Shown: positions 11,225 through 23,952, numbered from the stretch's first letter. The stretch: 64,000 nt of DNA from an uncultured delta proteobacterium (GCA_963828255.1 CAWHDZ010000003.1:218250-282249), one strand, 5' to 3'. A program made the numbers and translations. The notes: generated by a model from the sequence alone, not told the origin.

Positions 11225-11781
11225 CCGTCGAGGTCCTTGAGCCGCCGCTCGAGATCCTCGAGCCTGGCATTCAGCGACTGCAGGTCCTTCCGCAGCTCGG
11301 GGATGTTCGCCACGCCGTCCATGGCGGTGCGGACCCGATCGTCGATGCGGCGCTGGAACTGTGAGACGGCCTCCTGGGAGGCCGCGACCAGGTCCTTGGC
11401 CCGGTCGCCGGTGGCCTGCACGCGCGGGATCAGGGTGTGGACCTTGTCACGAAGGTCGGCCTGCGCCTCCTCGACGAACTGCTGGGCCCGCTCCCCGCCG
11501 TGGCGGATGAGGTCCTTCAGCGTCCGGAGGCTCATCTTGGAGGTCTTCTTCTCCTCCTCGAAGATGATCTGGGCGAGGGTGACGCTGGTGAGGTCCTCCT
11601 TGGTGCGGTTGTCCACGACCCGCACCTCGGTCCCCGCCTTCACCATCTCGGCGATCTCCTCGAGGGTCACGTAGCGTGACTCGACGGTGTCGTACAGCTT
11701 GCGGTTGGCGTACCGCTTGATCACCTTTGGTTCACGCCCCAAAGAGGTCGTGTCCGCTTCCGCAGTCTGCTGTTCACTCAT
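11221..11781 (-). CDS. PHA synthesis regulator PhaR-like DNA-binding protein
   Basis: IKRYANRKLYDTVESRYVTLEEI...VVDNRTKEDLTSVTLAQIIFEEE N-terminal domain. Confidence 0.88.
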   Translation of the reverse strand: MSEQQTAEADTTSLGREPKVIKRYANRKLYDTVESRYVTLEEIAEMVKAGTEVRVVDNRTKEDLTSVTLAQIIFEEEKKTSKMSLRTLKDLIRHGGERAQQFVEEAQADLRDKVHTLIPRVQATGDRAKDLVAASQEAVSQFQRRIDDRVRTAMDGVANIPELRKDLQSLNARLEDLERRLKDLDG

Positions 11782-11912
11782 CGGAGATCTCGACCCCTCG
11801 GGTGGAAACGGCTGGAAAGAAACCTGCCGCACTGCGGCATTGTTCTTGGGGCAACGCTTGGTGTCAAGGGGCTCCGATGCTACGGTTGCCGCGGGAATCC
11901 AGGAATCTCGGC

Positions 11913-13217
11913 ATGATCGTCGCCTGCTCCGCATGCAATACCCCGTTCCGGGTCGCTGACTCCAAGGTCGGGCCCAGGGGCGCGCGCATCAAGTGCACCC
12001 GCTGCGGGCAAACCTTCGCAGTGGCCCCGCCGGTCCCCGAGCCCCCTCCCGAACGCACGCCCGAACCCACCGGGACCGGGGGGTGGCCCACCGGGGTCCT
12101 CGAGATCGCCGGGGGCGCAAGCTCCGACCCGGTCTCGTCGCTCGGCCTCGCCCTCGAGACCGACCCGTTCGCCGCATTCGCGACCCGGGCGGCGGCTCCC
12201 GCACCGCCACCGGATCCTCCCCCTCCGCGGAAGGACCCTTCCGGGGTCGAGGATCTCTTCGGTTCGCTGCCCGTGACGGACCTCGCCGATCTGGAGCGCG
12301 CCGACGGGGCGCCTGGCCAGCCGGACTTCGACCCCGGCTTCGAGCAGGTCGTCGAGGACGGCCCCTCGCTCGAGGACCGCACGCCGAGCGCCACGCCGGT
12401 GCGCGAGGTCGCCGCCGCGCGGTGGGGCGACCCCGAGGCCTCCCAGGCCATCGAGGTGGGCCCGGACGGGTTCCAGGAGGTGGACCTGGCCAGGGGCGAG
12501 GCGCGCCCCGACCCGGCGTTCGACTCCATGGCGGGCGAGACCACCGACTGGCAGCCCGTTGCTCCCCGGGCATCGCCGATCGAGGCCCCGCAGGAGGCCC
12601 CCCAGCCGGCGCGCCCCGAGCCCGAGGCGGCGCCCGGTCCCCCGGCCTCCGCACCGCCCCCCGAGTCGACCTCCGGCGCGCGCATCCCCCCCGCGCGCGT
12701 CGCCCCCGCGCGCGCACGGGCGCTGGCGATGAACGTCCTCTCTCTCGCGGCCCTGCTCGTCGTCACGCTGGGGATCGTGATGTGGTGGCGCGGCGAGGGG
12801 GTCGGGGCCGTCCTGCGCTGGCCGAGGGCCGGCCACGGCGGGATCGACGTCGGCTCCGTCACGAGCGGGGTCTACGAGGGCGCCCACGGCCAGCCGCTGA
12901 TCTTCGTGCGGGGCGTCGTCCGGGCCAGCCAGGAACCCGTCGAGGGGCCGGTGGTCGTCCGGGTCTTCCTGGAGCGCGGAGGCGCCCTGCTGGGATCGGC
13001 GATCGCGACGGCCGGCACGATCGCCGGCGCCGAGGACCTCGCCGAGGTCCGGTCGCCGGAGGACCTGCGCGCGCTCCAGGCCAGGCTCGACTCCCGCGCC
13101 TCGCTCCGGCTCGAGCCGGGCGGCGCCCTGCCGTTCCTCGCCCTTCTCCCCCTGCCGGAGGGAGACGTCGGCACGATCCGCTTCCGCGTCGAGCCGGTTC
13201 CTGCCCGGGGGCGCTGA
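11913..13217 (+). CDS. MJ0042-type zinc-ribbon protein with proline-rich linker, TM helix and C-terminal periplasmic domain
   Basis: MIVACSACNTPFRVADSKV...IKCTRCGQTF; transmembrane segment about two-thirds along. Confidence 0.8.
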   Translation: MIVACSACNTPFRVADSKVGPRGARIKCTRCGQTFAVAPPVPEPPPERTPEPTGTGGWPTGVLEIAGGASSDPVSSLGLALETDPFAAFATRAAAPAPPPDPPPPRKDPSGVEDLFGSLPVTDLADLERADGAPGQPDFDPGFEQVVEDGPSLEDRTPSATPVREVAAARWGDPEASQAIEVGPDGFQEVDLARGEARPDPAFDSMAGETTDWQPVAPRASPIEAPQEAPQPARPEPEAAPGPPASAPPPESTSGARIPPARVAPARARALAMNVLSLAALLVVTLGIVMWWRGEGVGAVLRWPRAGHGGIDVGSVTSGVYEGAHGQPLIFVRGVVRASQEPVEGPVVVRVFLERGGALLGSAIATAGTIAGAEDLAEVRSPEDLRALQARLDSRASLRLEPGGALPFLALLPLPEGDVGTIRFRVEPVPARGR

Positions 13218-13219
13218 CC

Positions 13220-13966
13220 GTGGCCGGTCCGGACTCCCCATCCTGGCGGGCCGAGGCCTTCGCCCGGCGCCTCTGCGCGCTCCAGGAGGGGGCCATGCGG
13301 GCCGGCGCGGCGGCGCGCCAGCTGGCCCGGATGCCGCCCGGGGAGGCGGTTCCCCTGCTGGCCGCGCTGGTTTCCTCCGGCGCCGAGGCCTGGGGGACGC
13401 CGGCCATCGCCGCGATCGGCCAGGCCCTCCGGGACCCCGGCTCCGCCATTGACTACGAGTGGAGAGCGGGGGCCTACGCCGAGGCCCGGGAGCGGGGCCT
13501 TCCCCACGTCGCCTCCCTCTTCCTCGCGCCGGGACCGCGCCGTGCCTTCGTCGAGCCGCGGGACAAGGCCGATCCGGTTGCGTCGGCGATCACGCTCGGT
13601 CACAAGAAGTCCCTTGCCAGGCTGAAGCGCGACCCCGATCTCCTGGCGCGGCTCGCCGCCGAGGGTGACCCGTCGGTCGTCCGGGAACTGCTGCGCAACC
13701 CGCTGGTCACCGAGGCCGTCGCGGCGCGCATCGCGGCGCGGCGCCCGGTCCGGCCCGAGGCGCTGCGTGCGCTCCACGAGGACCCGCGATTCCGCAACCG
13801 GGTGATGGTGCGCCGGGCGCTGGTCCGCAATCCCTACGTCGAGACCGAGATCGCGCTCCACATCCTTCCCACCATGCCGGCGAGCCTCGTCCAGGAGATC
13901 GCGGGCGACGGCACGCTTCACCCGGCGGTGCGGGAGGCGGCGCGGAGGCTGCTCGCGGAACGGTGA
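13220..13966 (+). CDS. Hypothetical protein with LRV/HEAT-like LLxNP repeats
   Basis: ELLRNP and ALVRNPY repeats; begins just after the upstream stop codon. Confidence 0.7.
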   Translation: MAGPDSPSWRAEAFARRLCALQEGAMRAGAAARQLARMPPGEAVPLLAALVSSGAEAWGTPAIAAIGQALRDPGSAIDYEWRAGAYAEARERGLPHVASLFLAPGPRRAFVEPRDKADPVASAITLGHKKSLARLKRDPDLLARLAAEGDPSVVRELLRNPLVTEAVAARIAARRPVRPEALRALHEDPRFRNRVMVRRALVRNPYVETEIALHILPTMPASLVQEIAGDGTLHPAVREAARRLLAER

Positions 13967-13980
13967 GGCGGGACCGGGGA

Positions 13981-14223
13981 CTACACCTTCTTCGACTCGG
14001 TGGGCGCCTGCTGGGGCGTGGCGGTCCGCTGCGCCTCGGCGATCTGTCCGGGCTCGCCCTTCTCGGGGGTGACGTCGATGGAGTCGTCGCCGCCCCCGGT
14101 GGCCTTCCGGAAGTTCTTGATTCCCTTGCCGAGGGCGTCGCCGAGCTGGGGGATCTTGTTGGCCCCGAAGATGAGCAGCACCACGACGAGGACGATGAGA
14201 ATCTCGCCGAAACCGAGTCGCAT
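13981..14223 (-). CDS. tatA: Twin-arginine translocase TatA/TatE
   Basis: [41 protein letters not shown]. Confidence 0.92.
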   Translation of the reverse strand: MRLGFGEILIVLVVVLLIFGANKIPQLGDALGKGIKNFRKATGGGDDSIDVTPEKGEPGQIAEAQRTATPQQAPTESKKV

Positions 14224-14243
14224 GGGAGGTAGCATAACGCGCC

Positions 14244-15014
14244 TTGACCCCTCCGAGCTACCCTTCGATCCCCGGGCGTCCCCTGGTCCTCGGCCACCGC
14301 GGCGCCAGCGCCGAGGCGCCCGAGAACACGCTGGCCGCCTTCCGCCGGTCGATGGAGCTGGGCGCCGACGGGTTCGAGCTCGACGTCTGGCGCTGCGGGA
14401 CCGGCGAGGCCGTGGTGATCCACGACGCCGACGCCGCCCGGACCGGGCACTCACGGCTCTCCGTGACGGCCGCACCGCTCCCCCTGCTGCGGGAGCTCGA
14501 CGTGGGGCGCTGGAAGGGGGAGGCCTTCGCGGGCGAGCGGATTCCCACACTTCCCGAGGTGCTCGAGGCCTTCCCGTCCGCGGTGGTCAACGTGGAGCTG
14601 AAGAGCGGGCGCATCCCGGACCTGGGGCTCGCCGTGGAGGTGGTGCGCACGCTCCGGCAGCAGAGGGCCGAGGAGAGGGTGATCGTCTCCTCCTTCAGCG
14701 CCTCCCTGCTCGGCGCCTTCCGCTCGCTCGCCCCCGACGTCGCCACCGGGTTCCTGGTCGCGCCCGGGGCGGTGGCCTGGGCCCTGGCCGCGGCGGCGGT
14801 ACGGGCCATCCGCCCCTCCGCCATCCACCTGGCGCGCGAGCTGGCCACCGCGGACCGGGTCTCCGCCTGGACCCGCGCCGGCCTGAACGTCCTGGTCTGG
14901 ACGGTGGACGACCCGGGGGAGGTGGAGCGGCTCTCCCGGGCCGGCGTGGCGGCCCTGATCAGCAACCGGCCCGGCGTGGCCCGCGAGGCGGTGCGGCGCG
15001 CCGCCGGCCTGTAG
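14244..15014 (+). CDS. Glycerophosphodiester phosphodiesterase
   Basis: [23 protein letters not shown] and VWTVDD motifs. Confidence 0.92.
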   Translation: MTPPSYPSIPGRPLVLGHRGASAEAPENTLAAFRRSMELGADGFELDVWRCGTGEAVVIHDADAARTGHSRLSVTAAPLPLLRELDVGRWKGEAFAGERIPTLPEVLEAFPSAVVNVELKSGRIPDLGLAVEVVRTLRQQRAEERVIVSSFSASLLGAFRSLAPDVATGFLVAPGAVAWALAAAAVRAIRPSAIHLARELATADRVSAWTRAGLNVLVWTVDDPGEVERLSRAGVAALISNRPGVAREAVRRAAGL

Positions 15015-15034
15015 CGCCGCGGCGAGCCCCGCGC

Positions 15035-17215
<2,181 letters not shown>

Positions 17216-17266
17216 GTCGAGCCTCCGCGCCGTGGGCGGCGCACCGGATTCGAATAACCCACCGCT

Positions 17267-18073
17267 TCACCGTTCGCGAGGGGTTCCCGTGAGGAAGGTG
17301 GCCGCCGGACCCCGGGGGCGCGCCCAATCCACCCGCCACTCCATGTCGCCGGGGAGCCCGGCGGAGAGGGCCAGGAGCTCCTCCGGGCGGTAGCAGCGCA
17401 GGACCGAGACCACCCCGTCCCAGGTGACGAGGAGCGGGATCAGGGGCACGACGTAGGTGAAGAGGAGGCGGGGGAACGTGACCGGCCGGAGGAAGGGCGT
17501 GACCAGCCACACCAGGAGCGGGGAGAGGAGGACGCCGAGGAGGGCGAGCGCGCTCCGCTCCACCGCCTCCGCGGCGAGGAGCGGCACGCCCCTCCGGGAC
17601 GCATCGGCGAGCACCGCGCGCGCGACCGGCGGCGGCAGGTGGTGGAGCCCGTCGAAGACGGTCCGCACCCCCGCGAGCTCTTCCGGCACGGCGTCGGCGG
17701 GCACCGGCCCCAGGTGGCCGGCCACGCCCCGGGCGGCGCGGGCCTCGAGCCAGGTCCAGGTGTCTCCGTCCGGGTGCAGGTCGGTCAGGCGGATCCGGAC
17801 CGGGCGCCCCAGCGCAGCCTCGACCATGGGTGAAAGAGCCGGCCAGGGGCCGCCCGCCCCGGAGCACAGGTCCACCACCTGGTCGGTCCCGCCGGCTCCC
17901 AGGAGTGCGGCGATGCGCGGGCCGGCAGGCTCGAAGAGCCGGGTGATCGTGACGATGCCGCGAAGGTAGTCGCCGAGCCAGCGCCGGATCGGGCGCGGCA
18001 GGCCGGGGAGGTCGGTGAACTCGAAGAGCTGGAGGCGGGGCCAGCGCGCGGGCGGAAGCCGGAAGTCGTCCAC
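17267..18073 (-). CDS. Class I SAM-dependent methyltransferase-like protein
   Basis: VVDLCSGAGGP motif I; LFEFTD N-terminus; WDGVVSVLRCY. Confidence 0.7.
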   Translation of the reverse strand: MDDFRLPPARWPRLQLFEFTDLPGLPRPIRRWLGDYLRGIVTITRLFEPAGPRIAALLGAGGTDQVVDLCSGAGGPWPALSPMVEAALGRPVRIRLTDLHPDGDTWTWLEARAARGVAGHLGPVPADAVPEELAGVRTVFDGLHHLPPPVARAVLADASRRGVPLLAAEAVERSALALLGVLLSPLLVWLVTPFLRPVTFPRLLFTYVVPLIPLLVTWDGVVSVLRCYRPEELLALSAGLPGDMEWRVDWARPRGPAATFLTGTPRER

Positions 18074-18076
18074 CGG

Positions 18077-19516
18077 TCACCCCTTGACGACGCCCATCGG
18101 CTCGAGCCGGGCCACGACCCGCGCCAGCCCGGCCCGCTCCACCACCGACACCACCCGGGTCACGTCCTTGTAGGCCTCGCTCATCTCCTCGGCGAGCGTG
18201 TGCTTGCCCCGGGAGATCACCTCGATGCCCCTGTCGGCGAGCTCGCGGTGGATGGAGCGGCCACGGGCCGCCTTCATGGCCTGGTGGCGCGAGAGGATCC
18301 GCCCGGCCCCGTGGCAGGAGCTGCCGAAGGTCTCGGTCATGGCCCCGGCCGCGCCGGCCAGGACGTACGAGCAGCGCCCCATGTCGCCCGGGACGAGCAC
18401 CGGCTGGCCGACCTCCCGGTAGGGGGCCGGGACGCGCGGGTCGCCGGGGCCGAAGGCGCGGGTGGCCCCCTTCCGGTGGACGAGGAGGCGGCGGCTCCGC
18501 CCCTCCACCATGTGCTCCTCGTGCTTGGCCACGTTGTGGCAGACGTCGTAGACGACCCGTGCGCCCATGTCGCCCTCGGAGAGCGAGAGGGCGCGGCGCA
18601 GCGCCCGGACCGCCAGGCCGGTCATGACCTGCCGGTTGGCCCAGGCGTAGTTGGCGGCCGCGCTCATGGCGGCCAGGTACTCCCGGCCGGCGGGGCTCCG
18701 CACCGGTGCACAGGCCAGCTGCGGGTCGGGGATCGACGCGTAGTCCGGGCCGTGGCGGGACATGGCAGGGCGAAGCGCGGCCAGCGCGTCCTCGCAGACC
18801 TGGTGGCCGAGCCCCCTCGACCCCGAGTGGATCTGGACGGCCAGGTCGCCGGGGACGAGCCCGAAGGCGAGCGCGGCCGGCTCGTCGAACACCTCGGCCA
18901 CCACGTCGAGCTCGAGGAAGTGGTTGCCGCTCCCCAGCGTGCCGAGCTGGTCCGCGCCGCGCTCCCGGGCCCGCTCCCCCACGGCCGCCGGGTCGGCGCC
19001 CCCGAGGGCGCCCCCCTCCTCGCAGTTCTCCACGTCGCCGGACGATGCGCCGAAGCCGCGCGCCAGGGCCCAGCGGGCCCCCTGCACCAGCACCGCGTCG
19101 AGGTCGCGGCCGGAGAGGCGGGGGATGGCCGCGCTCGCCCCCACGCCGGTGGGCACGTCCTGGAAGATCAGGGAGAGGGCCTGGTGGAGCCGCGGGCGGA
19201 CCTCGCCGGCGGGGACGCGCGTGGAGAGGAGGCGCACCCCGCAGTTGATGTCGTAGCCCACCCCGCCGGGCGAGACCGCGCCGTGATCGGGGTCCACCGC
19301 GGCCACCCCACCGATGGGAAACCCATACCCCCAGTGCATGTCGGGCATGGCCAGAGAGGCGCCCACGATCCCGGGCAGGTAGGCCACGTTGGCCACCTGC
19401 CGCAGCGCCGGGTCGTCGGGCGAGGGCATGCCGTCCGCGTAGACCCGGCCGGGGACGCGCATGCCCCCCTCGCGCGGGATCTCCCAGAGCCAGTCGTGGA
19501 TGCGGCGCAGCTGCAC
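18077..19516 (-). CDS. rtcB: RNA-splicing ligase RtcB
   Basis: MPDMHWGYGFPIGGV, GYDINCG, LGSGNHFLE, HRKGAT and SCHGAGR motifs. Confidence 0.95.
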   Translation of the reverse strand: MQLRRIHDWLWEIPREGGMRVPGRVYADGMPSPDDPALRQVANVAYLPGIVGASLAMPDMHWGYGFPIGGVAAVDPDHGAVSPGGVGYDINCGVRLLSTRVPAGEVRPRLHQALSLIFQDVPTGVGASAAIPRLSGRDLDAVLVQGARWALARGFGASSGDVENCEEGGALGGADPAAVGERARERGADQLGTLGSGNHFLELDVVAEVFDEPAALAFGLVPGDLAVQIHSGSRGLGHQVCEDALAALRPAMSRHGPDYASIPDPQLACAPVRSPAGREYLAAMSAAANYAWANRQVMTGLAVRALRRALSLSEGDMGARVVYDVCHNVAKHEEHMVEGRSRRLLVHRKGATRAFGPGDPRVPAPYREVGQPVLVPGDMGRCSYVLAGAAGAMTETFGSSCHGAGRILSRHQAMKAARGRSIHRELADRGIEVISRGKHTLAEEMSEAYKDVTRVVSVVERAGLARVVARLEPMGVVKG

Positions 19517-19525
19517 GCGCCAATC

Positions 19526-20938
19526 CTACACGGCCGGGGGGCGCCGGGCGGCCGGGGCGGCCCCCGGCCTGCCGTGGATGGGCAGGATCTCGCGGGAAGC
19601 CACGCGCCGGAAGCGCAGGAAGAGGGCCACCGCCACCGCCGAGAGCCCGATGAGCAGCCCCCACCAGAGCCCGGTGATTCCCCATCCCAGGCCGAGCCCG
19701 AGCCAGAGGGCGGCCGGCATGCCCAGCGCCCAGTGGCCCGCCAGGTTGGCCCAGAGGGTGAACCGGGTGTCCCCCGCGCCGCGCAGGACCCCCGCTCCGA
19801 CCGCCTGGATCCCGTCGGAGACCTGGAAGAGCCCGGCCACGACGAGCAGCGGCGTGGTGGCGGCGACCACCGCCGGGTCGGAGCTCATGGCCCGCGCGAA
19901 GAGCCCCGGGAAGAGGACGAAGGCAAAGCCCCAGGCCGACATCAGGGCCGCCCCGGTCCCGAAGGCCACCATCCCGGCGCGGCGCGCGGCGGGCGAGTCG
20001 CCGGAGCCGACCGCCCAGCCCACACGGACGGACCCGGCGTAGCCGATGCCCACGGCCGCGTTGAAGGAGAAGGATGCCAGCGCGATGGCCACCTGGTGGG
20101 CCGCCATGGGCACCGCGCCGAGGCGCCCGGCCAGGATCCCCACCATGGCGAAGAGGCCGACCTCGGCGGCCATGTGGAGGCCGACCGGCGCCCCCACATC
20201 CACTGCCAGCCGCATCTCGCGGAGCACCGGCCGGCGCACCCAGCGCCCTTCCACCGGAATCCGCCCGGCGGCCCAGGCCACGAAGGCCGCCTGGAGCCAG
20301 GTGGCGACCGCGGTGGCGATGCCCGAGCCCACCGCGCCGAGCGCCGGGATGGCGCGCAGAGGTCCGGCCCATGCGGGCAGGGTCGCGCCGCCGAAGACCA
20401 GCAGGAGGTCGAGGAGCAGGTTCACCACGTTGGCCATCACCGCCGAGAGCACGACCGCCCGGGGCGCGTTCGAGCCCTGGAGGTAGGAGCGCGCGGCGAA
20501 GAAGAAGAGCAGGGCGGGAAGGCTGGGCAACCGGGCCAGGAGGTGGCCGGAGGCCTGCGACGCCACCTCGGGCGCGATCCCCAGCGGACCGAGCAGGAGC
20601 GGGACGAAGCCCAGCGGGACGCAGAGGAGCGTGCCGATGACCAGGGAGAGCCAGGCCCCCTGCCAGAGGAAGTGGCGGGCGCGCCTGTCGTCCCCGGCGC
20701 CGAGTGCCTGCGACACCAGCGGGTCGAGGCCCATCATCGTGCCCATGCCCAGCACCGACACGGCGAAGAAGAGGAGCGACCCGAGCCCGACCCCGGCCAG
20801 CTGCGCCGCCCCGGCCCGTCCGACCACGGCCGCGTCCACCACGCCCATGAGCGACTGCCCGGCGTTGGCGATCGCCAGCGGAATGGCGAGCCGGACGAGC
20901 GCGCGCACCTCGGTGCGGGTGGGGGAGGAGGGCTTCAC
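19526..20938 (-). CDS. MATE family efflux transporter (NorM-like)
   Basis: About 12 TM segments; LAIPLA...VVDAAVVGR and FQVSDGIQAVGAGVLRGAGDT motifs. Confidence 0.92.
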   Translation of the reverse strand: MKPSSPTRTEVRALVRLAIPLAIANAGQSLMGVVDAAVVGRAGAAQLAGVGLGSLLFFAVSVLGMGTMMGLDPLVSQALGAGDDRRARHFLWQGAWLSLVIGTLLCVPLGFVPLLLGPLGIAPEVASQASGHLLARLPSLPALLFFFAARSYLQGSNAPRAVVLSAVMANVVNLLLDLLLVFGGATLPAWAGPLRAIPALGAVGSGIATAVATWLQAAFVAWAAGRIPVEGRWVRRPVLREMRLAVDVGAPVGLHMAAEVGLFAMVGILAGRLGAVPMAAHQVAIALASFSFNAAVGIGYAGSVRVGWAVGSGDSPAARRAGMVAFGTGAALMSAWGFAFVLFPGLFARAMSSDPAVVAATTPLLVVAGLFQVSDGIQAVGAGVLRGAGDTRFTLWANLAGHWALGMPAALWLGLGLGWGITGLWWGLLIGLSAVAVALFLRFRRVASREILPIHGRPGAAPAARRPPAV

Positions 20939-20998
20939 GGGCGGGCGAACATAACGGGACCGGCCATGGCGGCAAAGCGGGTAAGCTCGAAGGCCTGG

Positions 20999-22369
20999 AT
21001 GGTCACCGGCTCCGCGCGCTCACCCTGGTGGGGATTCTCCGCCGTGTCGGTGGGGGTCTTCATGGCCACGCTGGACGGGAGCGTCGTCAACGTGGCGCTT
21101 CCGGACATCCGGGGGCACTTCGGCGCCTCCATCGGGAGCGTCGAGTCGGTGGTGAGTGTCTACCTCCTGGTCATCTCCGCGGCCCTGCTCTCGGCCGGCA
21201 GGCTCGGCGACGTGGTGGGGCGGCGGCGGGTCTTCACCGGGGGGATGCTCCTTTTCACCCTGGGTTCAGGGCTGTGCGGCTTCGCCTGGTCGCTGCCGGC
21301 CCTGGTGGCGGCGCGCGGGGTGCAGGCGCTGGGGGCCTCGGCCATGATGTCGATGGCGCCCGCCATCTTGACCGCGATCTTCCCCCGCGCACGGCGGGGG
21401 CAGGCGCTCGGGGCGGTCTCCAGCGTGGTTGCTGCCGGCCTCACCGCCGGTGCACCCATCGGCGGGGCCATCCTCTCCTTCACCTCCTGGCACGCCATCT
21501 TCCTGGTGAACCTGCCGGTCGGCGTCGCCGGCGCCGTCTGGGCGTGGCGCACGCTTCCGGAGGAACCCGCCGGGGAGCGGCCGCCCTTCGACTGGCCGGG
21601 AGCGCTCTGGCTGGGCGCGGCGCTGGCCACCGCCATCGGCGCGCTGGAGGCCGCCCCGCACTCCGGCCGCCTGGCCGCAGGCCTCGTCGCCACGGCCGGG
21701 GCGGCGTCGTTCCTCCTCTGGCGGACCGAGCGGGCCCGCACGGCGCCGCTGGTGGACCCGGCGCTGCTCGGGGACCGGACCATCTCGCTGGGGCTCGTGG
21801 CGGCCCTCCTCTCCTACGCCGCGGTCTTCCACCAGATGCTGCTCTCCCCCTTCTTCCTCGCCGACGTGAAGGGGCTCGGGCAGATGAAGCTCGCCGCTGC
21901 GCTGACCGTCGTCCCCATCTCCCTCATGCTCACCTCGCCCCTCTCGGGCTGGTTCTCCGACCGGCACGGGCCGCGGATTCCCCAGGCGGCGGGCGGCGCG
22001 ATGCTGGCGGCCGGGCTGGCCTGGCTCGCCCTCGCCGACGCAGGGACCCCGATGTGGGCCATCGCCTGCGGGCTCGCGCTGGAGGGGGGCGGGATGGGGC
22101 TCTTCCAGCCGCCCAACAACAGCGCGGTGATGGGGGCGCTCCCGCCGGGGAAGCTGGGCTCGGGCGGGGGGCTCCTCGCAACGGCGCGCAACGTGGGCAT
22201 GGTGCTGGGGGTGGCGACCGGCGGGTTGCTCTTCGAGATCGGGGAGCGGACCTCGTTCCTGGTCGGCTGGCGGCTCGCGCTGGGGTCGGGGGCGGTGCTG
22301 GCGCTCGGCGCGGGGATGCTCGCGCTCGTGAAGCCGGGCGACAATCGCGTCGAGCGCTTCGGCTCGTAG
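20999..22369 (+). CDS. MFS transporter, DHA2 (EmrB/QacA) type
   Basis: FMATLDGSVVNVALP, GRLGDVVGRRR and FQPPNNSAVM motifs. Confidence 0.9.
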   Translation: MVTGSARSPWWGFSAVSVGVFMATLDGSVVNVALPDIRGHFGASIGSVESVVSVYLLVISAALLSAGRLGDVVGRRRVFTGGMLLFTLGSGLCGFAWSLPALVAARGVQALGASAMMSMAPAILTAIFPRARRGQALGAVSSVVAAGLTAGAPIGGAILSFTSWHAIFLVNLPVGVAGAVWAWRTLPEEPAGERPPFDWPGALWLGAALATAIGALEAAPHSGRLAAGLVATAGAASFLLWRTERARTAPLVDPALLGDRTISLGLVAALLSYAAVFHQMLLSPFFLADVKGLGQMKLAAALTVVPISLMLTSPLSGWFSDRHGPRIPQAAGGAMLAAGLAWLALADAGTPMWAIACGLALEGGGMGLFQPPNNSAVMGALPPGKLGSGGGLLATARNVGMVLGVATGGLLFEIGERTSFLVGWRLALGSGAVLALGAGMLALVKPGDNRVERFGS

Positions 22370-22425
22370 CACCCCGGTACTCCCCGGTACTGGACGGACA
22401 TTCAGAGCCGTGGCACGATGCCCGC

Positions 22426-22950
22426 GTGGTGGTCGTCGGCGTCGATCCGGGCACGCAGCGGTGCGGCTACGGTGTGGTGGCGAGGACGGGTTCCCGGCTC
22501 CGGGTGGTCGAGTCGGGAGTGCTCGTGCCGGGCGACCATGACCTGCCGCGCCGGCTCGCCATCATCCTCGACGGGCTCGAGGCCCTCTTCGCACGGGCCG
22601 GGGCCGAAGCCGTGGCGGTCGAGACCGTGTTCGCCGGGGTGTCGCCCCGTTCCGCGCTGGTCCTCGGGCAGGCCCGCGGGGTGGTGCTCGCCGCCGCCGC
22701 CCGGTCCGGCATCCCGGTGGTGGAGTACGCGCCCCAGCAGGCCAAGCTCGCCCTGACCGGAAACGGCCGGGCCGAGAAGGCGCAGATGGTCCACATGGTC
22801 CGCGCCCTCTTCGGCGTCGAGGCGGTGCTCGCCGACGAGGCCGACGCCATCGCGCTCGCGGTCTGCCACATCGGGCGGGGACCACACCGCGCACCGCCGC
22901 CGCGGCGCACGCCGCTGCCGCGCCCCCGCCGCGCCCGGGGTGCCGCGTGA
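22426..22950 (+). CDS. ruvC: Crossover junction endodeoxyribonuclease
   Basis: [28 protein letters not shown] and [12 protein letters not shown] motifs. Confidence 0.93.
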   Translation: MVVVGVDPGTQRCGYGVVARTGSRLRVVESGVLVPGDHDLPRRLAIILDGLEALFARAGAEAVAVETVFAGVSPRSALVLGQARGVVLAAAARSGIPVVEYAPQQAKLALTGNGRAEKAQMVHMVRALFGVEAVLADEADAIALAVCHIGRGPHRAPPPRRTPLPRPRRARGAA

Positions 22951-23537
22951 TCGCCCACGTCGAGGGGACGGTCGTCGAGAAGCGCGAGGGCGCGGTGGTT
23001 CTCGACGTGAACGGCGTCGGATACCTTCTCCACGTCTCGGCCACCTGCCTGGCCGCCCTTCCACCCGGGGAGCGGGTCCGGCTGCGCTCGTACATGCACG
23101 TCCGGGAGGACGCGCTCGACCTCTTCGGCTTCGCCACCGAGGAGGAGGAGGAGGTATTCCGCGCGCTCATCGGCGTGAAGGGCGTCGGCCCGCGCGCGGC
23201 GCAGAACATCCTCTCCGGCATCGAGCCGCGCGACCTGGCGGCCGCAGTGGCCACGGGCGACGTGGCCCGGCTCACCAAGGTGCCGGGCATCGGCAAGAAG
23301 ACCGCCGAGCGGCTGGTGCTCGAGCTGAAGGACAAGCTGCTCGCGCTGGCCCGCGCCGCCTCGCCGCGAAGGGGCGGCCCGCGCGGCGGGGTCTCCGAGC
23401 AGCTCGAGCAGGCCCTCGTCGGCCTCGGCTACAAGCCCCAGCAGGCCACCCAGGCGGTCGAGTCGCTGGCCGGTTCCACGGATGGGCGCACCCTCGAGGA
23501 GCTCCTGCGCGACGCCCTGAAGCGGCTGCGCGGGTAG
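22947..23537 (+). CDS. ruvA: Holliday junction branch migration protein
   Basis: [18 protein letters not shown] and [19 protein letters not shown] motifs. Confidence 0.95.
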   Translation: MIAHVEGTVVEKREGAVVLDVNGVGYLLHVSATCLAALPPGERVRLRSYMHVREDALDLFGFATEEEEEVFRALIGVKGVGPRAAQNILSGIEPRDLAAAVATGDVARLTKVPGIGKKTAERLVLELKDKLLALARAASPRRGGPRGGVSEQLEQALVGLGYKPQQATQAVESLAGSTDGRTLEELLRDALKRLRG

Positions 23538-23556
23538 GCTTCCGCCCGCAGCGCCC

Positions 23557-23952
23557 TCATTCCACGAAGATGGTCACGGTCGCCGCCGGCTGGTGCACCG
23601 CGGTCCAGGTCACGGCGCCCAGGTCGGTGAGGGGCGGGGTCACCGCGCTCGCGTCGGCCGGCACCTGGATGTCGAAGGGGAGGGTGGGGTCGGCCGTGAA
23701 GTAGTAGAGCGTCGGGTCGCCATTGATGAAGAAGATGGGAGTCCGGGCCGCCACGTGGATGCACCACGGGTTGCAGACGCCGGCCGAGATCCTCACGGTG
23801 TCCGACGGGACCGCGGCGGCGCGGGTGCACGGGACGACCGGGCCCGGGGGCGGGGGCGGCTCGATCCGCCCGCACGCGGCGACCACCAGCGCGGCGGCGG
23901 CCGAGGCCACCGCGCGAAAGAAGCCCAATCGCCCGTCATGCCGGTCGGACAC
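23557..23952 (-). CDS. Putative lipoprotein, cupredoxin-like beta sandwich (start uncertain)
   Basis: Lipobox-like LVVAAC, proline linker and beta-strand-rich C-terminus; fills the ruvA-ruvB gap. Confidence 0.6.
   Translation of the reverse strand: MSDRHDGRLGFFRAVASAAAALVVAACGRIEPPPPPGPVVPCTRAAAVPSDTVRISAGVCNPWCIHVAARTPIFFINGDPTLYYFTADPTLPFDIQVPADASAVTPPLTDLGAVTWTAVHQPAATVTIFVE

Noticed and set aside
22411..22426. TGGCACGATGCCCGC resembling a sigma54 promoter before ruvC
   Set aside because: The -12 element abuts the start codon, so transcription would begin inside the gene; an extended -10 for a leaderless transcript fits better.
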